A DNA stretch of 64,000 nt from Octopus sinensis (taxonomy: Eukaryota): assembly GCF_006345805.1 (NCBI RefSeq), contig NC_042999.1, positions 160,332,001 to 160,396,000 on the forward strand, written 5' to 3'. Below the pieces are notes generated by a model that did no database searches, had not been told where the DNA came from, and saw nothing but the letters and a program-made list of their open reading frames with translations. Shown in pieces: positions 54,139-64,000 of the stretch; the stretch's first letter is position 1; each line of letters begins with the position of its first letter. Both the position numbers and the translations under genes were made by a program.

Positions 54139-55239
54139 TTTATGGAAAATGATAATGAAATAAAATTGCAATTATTTCCTGGATGCTCCTTTCATTAACA
54201 GATGTGCCAGTTCTGGGTCTTGTAGCTTCAGAGGAAATAAAATCGAGTAAATTGTCTATTGACTGGTCGACTTGATGCAAGATTGAAGTCATGTGACATA
54301 TGTATTCTGAAATAAGTCCGCTCCCTGAGACATTGAATTGTTAGCTTCCATTGACGCAAATGTTGAATAATATTTATACAATATGGGTATTGAAGAGACT
54401 TTAAGTAAGGTGGATACTCTTATTTTATTGTAGCTGACAGTCTGCATTTGTGGCATCAGTCTTTGGAACTCTCATCATTTAGCTTTTACTGCGGCAAAAT
54501 GTTTTGCGTTGCCAACCTGACACAAAATGTTCGTTTCCCCACAATAATGTAATTTAATATCCACAGCAATGAATAATAGTTCGTTGTTTGATGTTACATT
54601 TGTGTGTGCACGCGCGCGTGTGTTTCCTAAATATGACTTTAAACAGCGTCTAATGGTGGGACTCTGGTTCAGGAGTTCCAGGGTTTTGAGGAGTGTGGAA
54701 TCACCTCTTATTCACTGATGTTCCCAGGTTTAACTCTGACCGAGTTGTAGCACCTATCAAAGTCCCAGCCATGGGTTAATTAGCATGTTATGAAAGAAAC
54801 CCCAAGCAAAAACCCTCACTACCTTCTGAGTGCCTAAAGAAAGAAAAATGCTGGGGGAATCAGCCTCGACAGCAAATCAAGGAGCAGGTTCTTTCGGGCG
54901 ATCTGGTGCCGTCTTTCACACACTTCCAGTAACTACAGATACGTAACGCTTTTCCAGCTGTGTAAGACAATTCGTTCAGGAGCCGTCTTAGACCTTTAAA
55001 CCTCTGTGTGCAGTCCTCCATGGCCAAAGAGTAGGGTTAGATTGTGCAGGCTGACATTCGCTTTAAAACTAAGCGCAGGCAGGAAGAAAAGCACTGCTGC
55101 GTCAAGGGTCAGTTTACGTATCCACTTGGGGATATATGCTACTTTCCCTCACGATCCTCAGACACGAAGAAACTGCCACCATATAATGTGTGTGTGTGTG
55201 TGAGTGTGTGTGTGTGTGTGAGTGTGTGTGTGTGTGTGA

Positions 55240-55276
<37 letters not shown>

Positions 55277-55358
55277 AGAAAGAGAGGGAGAGAGAGAGAG
55301 AGAGAAAGAGAGGGAGAGAGAGAGAGCGCGCATGTACTACTATCTTTTATCTTTATTT

Positions 55359-55779
55359 TTTTACTTGTTTCAGATATTAGACTGCGGCAATGCTGGAGCA
55401 CTGCCTTGAAAAATTTCTAGTCGAATAATTTAACTACAGTAGTTTTTTTTTTCGTTGTTTTTGTTACGCCTGGTAATTATTCTGTCCAACTGTTTTGTCG
55501 AACTGCTAAGTTACGGGGATGTAACCACACCAACACCGATTGCCAAGCGGCGGCGGTGGAAAACACAGACACAAAGACGCGCGCGCATACACATACACTC
55601 ACACACACACATACACTCACACAGAAAGAAGTCCGTCGAATATTCGACGGGTTTCTTTCAGTTTCCGTCTACCAAATCCACTTACAAGGCTTTGATTGGC
55701 ATGAGGCTATAGTAGAAGACATTGCCCAAGGTGCTACGCAGTGGGACTGAACCTGGAACCATGTGGTTGAGAAGCCTGC
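55359..55779 (-). mobile_element. SINE B, diverged
   Basis: Reverse family match. Confidence 0.85.
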
Positions 55780-56173
55780 ACTTACTCTTTAGCTCTCATT
55801 TGAGTATTCCTGGTATCTTAGATATATTATTAATGCATCCTTACTTTCGATCCTATCTCCAGCAACTCAGAATGAACTTTAAAATGCGAAACGGAATTTG
55901 AACATAATTTGCATATTCAAAATAGATTTTTTTTCTACTTATAGTCATGAGATTAACATGGCACATATTTACGGCTCGGGAAACAAAGCTCTAGATATAT
56001 ACAATGGTTAATTATCTTGGTCTCAGACACTGCGTAATGCCAGACATCTGAACTGAACCATCAGCTCTATTAAAACGGACGTCTTTAAAACTCATATTTT
56101 ACATTATTTTCTTGTCCATTTTCCATTACCCAGCTCATTCTCTAAGTTGTATCTTAAGAGTTACGTCATATAT

Positions 56174-56788
56174 ACCTCTCTACTCTAGGCACAAGGCCTG
56201 AAATTTTGGGGGAGTGGGCCAGTCGATTAGATGGACTCCAGTACGCAGCTGGTACTTAATTTATCGACCCCGAAAGGATGAAAGGCAAAGTCGACCTCGG
56301 CGGAGTTTGAACTCAGAACATAAAGACAGACGATTTACCGTTAAGCATTTCGCCTGGCGTGCTAACGTTTCTTATTTCTTTATTGCCCACAAAGGGCTAA
56401 ACATAGAGGGGACAAACAAGGACAGACAAAGGGATTAAGTCGATTACATCGACCCCAGTGCGTAACTGGTACTTATTTAATCGACCCCGAAAGGATGAAA
56501 GGCAAAGTCGACCTCGGCGGAATTTGAACTCAGAACGTAATGGCAGACGAAATACCTATTTCTTTACTACCCACAAGGGGCTAAACACAGAGAGGACAAA
56601 CAAGGACAGACAAACGGATTAAGTCGATTACATTGAACCCAGCGCGTAACTGGTACTTAATTTATCGACCCCGAAAGGATGAAAGGTAAAGTGGACCTCG
56701 GCGGAATTTGAACTCAGAACGTAGCGGCAGAAGAAATACCACTAAGCATTTCGCCCGGCGTGCTAACGTTTCGCCAGCTTGTCACCGT
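56174..56788 (-). mobile_element. SINE C trimer inside one 15-bp TSD
   Basis: TSD AGTTACRTCATATAT at 56159-56173 and 56789-56803. Confidence 0.9.
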
Positions 56789-57350
56789 AGTTACATCATA
56801 TATTGACTATTGTTTACTTCTCTTAGTCACACTATTTTCACTTCGTTTATAATAAATGCTATCAACTCTACGCTGTAAGTCTTACTTTACATTAATCATA
56901 ATTTAGTGGCAAATTCTTGTCTCTCATATATGACAGCATCTGACCCTGACACAGTATCTGTGCTGCAATACTTAGTAATATTTGAACATACAAAATGAAT
57001 AATGTTTTCATGCTCAAAGGCGCTCGCGTGACTAACGACTGAGTCTCGTGTTGTTTCATTTTGAACTTGTATATTTGTATATATATATATATATCTATAT
57101 ATAATATATATTATATTATATATATAGATATCGATATATATATATACATACCCATATACGTGTTTACATGTATTGAAAACTACAATTCATATTTTGACAT
57201 GGCGGCCCGGAGAAAACTTTGTGCTCCTTGATAAAATACTTCTTGGAAACATTACACACACACACCACACACACACACACACAGAGAGAAAAAGAAGAGA
57301 ACAGATCAGATAGAGTGGGGTTGGAGAGATGGAATAACTAGTATATATAT

Positions 57351-57381
<31 letters not shown>

Positions 57382-57382
<1 letters not shown>

Positions 57383-57530
57383 AAGTTAATCCAAACAAGA
57401 AAACACAAAAAAACAAAAAAACAACAACGCGAGGACGTGGAACAAATAAAGTATTATTGGACGCTCTTCGTCGGAAACATAGGAGAAAGAAAGATCCCGA
57501 GAAGGGAAGACAGAGGAAAAAAATCGCCAG
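57382..57530 (-). mobile_element. Penelope-like terminus family (copy 3), hammerhead half deleted
   Basis: Deletion between two GCTC motifs relative to copies 1 and 2. Confidence 0.62.
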
Positions 57531-57922
57531 CCATATGTGTACAAGCATATATATATATATAATATATATATATATAATGCTTGTACACATATACACACTA
57601 ACATAAATTGTGTACGTTAGCCTAAGATTTGCCTGCTTTTTTCCCTTGCACAATGAAACCTTATCAAATATCTTTTGTTTCTCGTTAAGAAAGGAACATC
57701 TTTCATTATCGTCTGCTTTTTGTTCTATTTGCTAAATTATATAATTATGGTTTGACATGTAGATATACTTGTCTGCTTTTTTTTTCATTATGATAACAAC
57801 GTGAATAGAGATCTTATGATACTTTTATTCTCCTGTTTCTCAGAATGTTTCTTTGCATGTGACTTGTCTTTACTTCAAGTGTTTTGTCTTCTATGTCCCC
57901 CTTTTTCAGTATATAAGCTGCA

Positions 57923-57963
<41 letters not shown>

Positions 57964-58106
57964 TGCTAGGTCGCTTCTTTAGAATGTTACTGAAAACTTT
58001 GTACTGCATATTTGTATACATACATACATACATACATATATACATACACACACACACACATACATACATAGATATACATACATACCACACACACACACAC
58101 ACACAC

Positions 58107-58145
<39 letters not shown>

Positions 58146-58352
58146 TATATATATAGAGAGATAGAGAGAGAGAGGAGAGATAGAGAGAGAGAGAGAGTAT
58201 ATATAAAGGATTTTCGTCCAATGACGTAATATATGTTCTAAAAGTGCTCGGTTTGGTTTACTTCTAAAATTCCGGTTTGAACTGCAACTGAACACAAGTT
58301 GGTTTTGAGGCTGCTTATCAAAGATGGCTACAACTGGTTGGTCGTGGAGCGA

Positions 58353-58400
<48 letters not shown>

Positions 58401-58433
58401 CCAAGAAAAAAGCAACAAGAATGGATCAATTGA

Positions 58434-58518
58434 TTAGTACAATTGTTTCATACTAAAAACATTTAATTTCAAGCTGCAAATATTACAGCAAATATAATGT
58501 CAAGTATTCATCAGCTAA
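58434..58518 (-). ncRNA. Type I hammerhead ribozyme (left arm)
   Basis: UUAG-CUGAUGA-AUAC...GUAU-GAAA-CAAUU-GUA-CUAA. Confidence 0.8.
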
Positions 58519-58957
58519 ATCACATATAGGTTTTCCATATATTCTTAGAGAGTGTAAATATCCTTATGAAGTTATAGGAGTGAGTCCCATGAGTCTGAAG
58601 TAAGATTCCAAGCAGACTATATATGTTTTCCAACAATACAAAGTTTTTAAAATGATTATTAACATCCCAGAGAAGATAAATCTACTCATAAAAATGTGGG
58701 TATAAGTTCCAAGAGGCATGAGGAAAGATGCTGGTCATACCACGGTTAAGTTCGCATCTAACTGTTGCAGACAAACTGTTGCAGACAGATAGAATTTTGT
58801 CTTCTCTGGGATGTTAATAATCATTTTAAAAACTTTGTATTGTTGGAAAATATATATAGCCTGCTTGGAATCTTACTTCAGATTCATGGAACTCACTCCT
58901 ATAACTTCATAAGGATATTTACACTCTCTAAGAATATATGGAAAACCTATATGTGAT

Positions 58958-59042
58958 TTAGCTGATGAATACTTGACATTATATTTGCTGTAATATTTGC
59001 AACTTGAAAAAAAATGTTTATAGTATGAAACAATTGTACTAA
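58958..59042 (+). ncRNA. Type I hammerhead ribozyme (right arm)
   Basis: TTAG CTGATGA ATAC...GTAT GAAA CAATT GTA CTAA. Confidence 0.8.
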
Positions 59043-59205
59043 TCTACCGATCCATTCTTGTTGCTTTTTTCTTGGTTATAATCACCCCACATAATTTTAT
59101 GGTTAATACCATAAAGAATCCTGGTGCATCTAAGTTAAGTACCATTTCATTTGAATTCATTTGAATTCATTTGAATCTTAATTGTTTTTTGCGAAATTAA
59201 TTTAC

Positions 59206-59275
<70 letters not shown>

Positions 59276-59703
59276 ATATATAAATTAAATTAGAGATAAA
59301 AACACTATTAGGTAAATCAAACGTGATAAACATAAATCAAAACATAGAAGTAAAATTAATTAATATAATATACAAAATATATAAAATATAAAATTCAAAA
59401 TTTAAATTATTTAAATTTAAAAGCTAAAATCTAAAATTATTAATTTATATTTATAATTTTATATAATAATTTATTAAATATATATAACTATCAAAAAGTA
59501 TAAAAAGTTTAATATAGATAAAAAGTATATATATATATATATCTATATATATATATATATAACATTAGAAGAAAGAAACCACCTTTTATCATTCAATAAT
59601 GAAATATTAAATTACACAATCTAGAAAATTACATATAATAGAAAGATTAAATATAAGATAAAAAGTATAACGATGATTAAGTAATGTACAATAATATATA
59701 TAA

Positions 59704-60215
59704 CTAGCAGTATCGCCCGGCGTTGCTCGGTTTGTAAGGGAAATAACTATATAAGCATTTTTAGAGAGTTACTTCCCTTATACATGCCAATTCGGGCTTT
59801 CTTAGCCATTTCTGTTTTGGTGTCTTCAAGCCATGAAGTCGTTGTTCTAAAAGAACGCTGGTCTCCTTGACAACGCATTACGACGTTGATTTCTTTACAC
59901 TCCCTTCCCCACAGCTTCACGAGGGAGGGAAGAAGGGGGAGAAGCAAACAGGTGCAGGTGTGACCATGGACGCCAACTCCGCCGCCATCGACACACGAAA
60001 AATTATGCATTAAAATGGAATAAAAAATGATGTTAAATTATTTTTAAAATCGTAGACTCATCGTAGACGCACGCTAATAGCCAGACGGGCTCGATATGAA
60101 TCACGACTATAAGATACCCGAATTTGGTTAAACTGCACCGCAAAATGTGGGAGGAGTTTGGAATCTAAATCGAAGGGGACAGACACTCACACAACTACAG
60201 TTTTATATATATAGA
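59704..60215 (-). mobile_element. Non-autonomous Helitron
   Basis: Same termini as 13575-13969 with a different internal block. Confidence 0.8.
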
Positions 60216-60328
60216 TATATATATATTATATTTTGTGAAAATTGATTTAGTATTTCTAAATTGAATTTTTCCCTGTAAGTTTGGAATAATATTCCCTCAT
60301 ATTATTGCTATTATTATTATTATTATTA

Positions 60329-60400
<72 letters not shown>

Positions 60401-60403
<3 letters not shown>

Positions 60404-61002
60404 GTTTGACTTTTGCTTTATATTTGTACAAGTTTGCTCCAAGTTTCACCAGAGACCTCAAGAGACAACAGGTAAGAAGTTCGTGTTGTTGTTATGCCTA
60501 GTGTACCATATATTTGGTTTTGTATTTAGTGTTGTACTAGTGAATGTCTAAAAAAAAAAACGAAAATTATGTTTGTTTTAAAACTTGAAATTACATAGAA
60601 AGTACCTTGTGTAGGATATGAGCAGTTCCCATGAGCATTATCTTTTGAATGTCTGCCATTTTGGGGTTTCCTGGTATCTGAGTTAGGTAGCGATCAGCCC
60701 CTTTTGCTATCATTCCCAGGGCACCTATGACAACAGGTATTGTTTTAGTCTTCAGGTTCCACATTTTGCTGATTTCTATTTCAAGATCTTTATATTTGCT
60801 CACTTTTTAGTAGGTCTTGAGAGATAAGTTTATATCGATTGGGACAGTCATATCAACGAGGAGGCATGTTTTTTGTCTGAAGTCTTTCAATATGATGTCT
60901 GGCTTATTTGCATCTATCTTTCTATCAGTTTGAATGGGGAAGTTCCAGAGGAGTGAGATGTGGTCATTTTCAAGCACTGGAGGTGGTTTGTGTTCCCACC
61001 AG
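60401..61002 (-). mobile_element. 5'-truncated R4/Dong-like LINE (restriction-like endonuclease) within (TAA)n
   Basis: WWEHKPPPVLEND...QTDRKIDANKPDII...KYKDLEIEISKMW...PVVIGALG; TTA tracts at 60299-60400 and 61003-61112. Confidence 0.88.
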
Positions 61003-61026
61003 TTATTATTATCATTATTATTATTA

Positions 61027-61070
<44 letters not shown>

Positions 61071-61081
61071 TATTATTATTA

Positions 61082-61115
<34 letters not shown>

Positions 61116-62740
61116 GGGACTTATCCGAGTTTCACGTCCATAAAGCGCTTAGCTTTACGACCTACATCAGACCCCAAACTTGATGGCTTATGGCCTCTCT
61201 AGCGAGCGGCTTCTCAAGAAATGAAAGGAGGAAAGGACCTCGCTACATAATGTTTCGCTTTAGCTATCGATCGTAAGTGACCCTGTTATCTTGGGGGTTT
61301 CAAGAGACCAGCAGGAATTTCCTGAAATGCAAGCACGGTCGAAAGACCTCCGTTCTGGAGTTAGGGATGTTCTTCAGGTCGAGGAAGTCCTTTAGTATCC
61401 TCACCCGTTCCGCTATGCACAGTTTACAACGCTTGGTCCCGTTTGTGGAGGGGCCTGGATTTTCTAAGATTCTCTATGATATTGTGTGTGGAATCTCGTC
61501 GTCCTTCAGCTGCCATACATCGTCGGCTAATGACATAACGTATTTCCTTACCGGTTGGTATCCTGAAGGAGTATTTATGGTTGGAGAGGCGATGCTTGAA
61601 AGTGTTACCGGAGCAACCGATGTATCTTCGTGCCAGGGTATTGGCAGTGCTGTATCTGTTGGTGTTGGCGTTGCTGCTACCGTTGTTAATGGTACTGGAG
61701 CTGTTGGTGTTGGTGTCATTGGAAGTGGCGATGGTGTTGGTGCCGTTTCTACTGGTATTGATAATGGTGTTGTTGTTGTTGTTGTTGTTATGGTCCTCGT
61801 CGTTGATGGAGGTGCTGTCACAGCTGTTATAGATATCATTTCTGATGGCTCTGTTGCTATTTCCGTTAGGGATACTGCTATTGTTGTCGTTGATGATGTT
61901 ATTGTTATTATCATTGACGATGGTGCTCCTGCTGGTTCTGTTCGTGTCTCTGCTGCATCAACAATTGGTACTGTCGACCCTGCTACTGTAGTATATGTTG
62001 GGGAAGTGGTGGATGTTGCTGCTGCCGTTAGGAATATTGCTTTGCTGTCGTTGATGTTGTTAGGCGTGTGACTTAGTGGTTAGGGTGTTGAACTCATGAT
62101 CGTAAGGCTGTGGTTTCGATTCCTGGACCGAGCGATGCGTTGTGTTCTTGAGCAAAACACTTCATTTCGCGTTGCTCCAGTCCCCTCAGCTGGCAAAAAT
62201 GAGTAACGCTGCGACGGACCGGCGTCCCGTCCAAGTGGGGAATTTCTATGCCAATGAAACCGGGAAACCGGACCTTATGAGTCTGGCATGGCTCGAGAAG
62301 GATGATACCGCCGCTGGTTCTGTTCGTGTCTCTGCTGCTGCTACTATTCGTACTGTCGACCCTGCTACTGTAGAATATGTTGGGGAAGATGCTGATGTTG
62401 ATGCTGCTGTTAGGGTCGGCCAGTACCGCAGCTTCGTGGACGACGCCCTTCGTTTTGCAGTGGCCTCTCACTGGGCATCTGTTGTGTTCCCTTCATGAGC
62501 ATGCTGCCCCCGCTTGTGGTCCAGGGGTGCTTCCTAGAATGCTCTTAATATTGGGGGCACAGCTAAAAGACACCCTAAGTTTGTGCCTGCTGAAAATGCG
62601 TCCGTACCTAGGTAGATGCGTGAAATGTTTATCTATTAACTTAAGGAATATCCTACCTACAGACGTTATAATATTAAGAGAGAAAATTAATAGCGTACAG
62701 TGTTTTCTGGCAGAGCTTATTACTCTAACATAAATAATTG
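61116..62740 (-). mobile_element. Penelope-like element 3' part: linker, GIY-YIG split by a Thr-rich insert, 3' degenerate hammerhead
   Basis: VGRIFLKLIDKHF...RIF...VSFSCAPN; RCPVRGHCKTKGVVHEAAV; VWQLKDDEIPHTIS*RIL...GTKRCKLCIAER...RTEVFRPCLH. Confidence 0.8.
62063..62299 (+). mobile_element. SINE head D + tail beta nested in the PLE
   Basis: Matches 24233-24494. Confidence 0.85.
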
Positions 62741-63025
62741 GGATTTACTCTGCTGAGCTTAGCATAAGTGTGATTTAAAATTAAGCATATAAATTTTCAA
62801 CTATTTCTATTCATAGAACTCCAACCTGAATCAGTCTTTGTGAGAAGGCATATGTGTATTATTAAATTTAAATACAAATTATGACCAGATTATATTATGA
62901 GACTGCAAGAATGGAATTATTATAATAAGATAATCTACAGCCTTTGGTGGGCATGCAGCGCTCATCTAACTCAACCAGAATATACCGGACGAACTCAATA
63001 CATAAGTCAGAGTGTATATATATCT

Positions 63026-63245
63026 CTTTTACTCTTTTACTCCTTTATTTGTTTCAATCATTTGACTGCGGCCATGCTGGAGCACCGCCTTTAGTCGAGA
63101 AAATCAACCCCAGGACTTATTCTTTGTAAGCCTAGTACTTATTCTATCGGTCCCTTTTGGCGAACTGCTAAGTTACGGTGAGTAAACACACCAGCATCGG
63201 TTGTCAAGCGATGTTGGGGGGACAAACACAGACACACAAACATAT
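63026..63245 (-). mobile_element. SINE B 3' half
   Basis: Reverse family match. Confidence 0.85.
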
Positions 63246-63257
63246 ACACACACGTAA

Positions 63258-63362
63258 ATAGATTACCTCACTAAGCACCCCAATAATAAACTCCCCGTTC
63301 TTGATACTGAACTTTGGTTAGAGACTGTGAACAACAGAGTCAGCTCCTCCATTCCTATTATA
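63258..63362 (+). pseudogene. Penelope-like RT fragment
   Basis: DYLTKHPNNKLPVLDTELWLE...QLLHSYY resembles the PLE RT LPxLD region. Confidence 0.55.
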
Positions 63363-63380
63363 TATATATATATATATATA

Positions 63381-63435
<55 letters not shown>

Positions 63436-63792
63436 ATATATATATATATATATACAAATTGAGATAGGGGTTGTAAATGCAGCCCTTCATGGGATAACAT
63501 ATATCCAATACATGGCCGAAACAGCTGTAAGATGTAATCTATACTTATATATATATTTTCTTATATTTATATTCTCTTTTTTATATATATTCTACTTATC
63601 ATACAACATTACTCTTTTATGTACACTTTTTTATGTACATTCCTTTATGTACACTGATTTGTTCTGCTTTTTTATGTTTAACCCTACAGTCTCTTATGTG
63701 GTGGTTTAATAAAGTATGTGATTGAGTATTATCTGGTAATTGATATTTGATTTCGATGTATTTCTCCATTTTCTTATTTTATATATATATAT

Positions 63793-63825
<33 letters not shown>

Positions 63826-63834
63826 GTGTGTGTG

Positions 63835-63887
<53 letters not shown>

Positions 63888-63889
63888 AT

Positions 63890-63927
<38 letters not shown>

Positions 63928-64000
63928 CACACACACACACACACACACACACGCAAGCACACATACACGCGTGCGCACAGAATGTTGCATTTCAGGTCAC

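Larger units (their letters stand above)
58399..59080. mobile_element. Penelope-like inverted pLTR pair (about 290-bp arms)
   Basis: 58399-58685 is the reverse complement of about 58790-59080; TA tracts outside. Confidence 0.8.

Noticed and set aside
61277-62071. 264-aa Val/Gly-rich plus-strand ORF
   Set aside because: Antisense shadow of the Thr-rich PLE region

Overview
AT-rich eukaryotic intronic or intergenic DNA, saturated with repeats. The SINE families and microsatellite load match what I recall for Octopus (cephalopod); that assignment is an inference. No intact host protein-coding gene can be supported, and nearly all track ORFs are microsatellite or SINE artefacts. The window holds: about 40 tRNA-derived SINE copies from four head families (here called A-D); 5'-truncated LINE remnants (RTE x2, L1/Tx1 x2, R4/Dong-like); Penelope-like element (PLE) remnants; a Gypsy relic; Tc1, mariner and maT relics; pogo-, hAT-, Merlin- and mariner-type MITEs; non-autonomous Helitrons; a full-length U6 retrocopy; many microsatellites; and one 100-N gap. 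The most notable signals are (1) several type-I hammerhead ribozyme folds in PLE termini lodged in (TA)n tracts, including an inverted twin-ribozyme unit, (2) a U6-SINE chimera, (3) SINE-C multimers with identical junctions inside single TSDs, (4) head/tail shuffling among SINEs, (5) a PLE GIY-YIG domain split by a long Thr-rich insert, and (6) microsatellite-associated LINE insertions in (TATC)n and (TAA)n.
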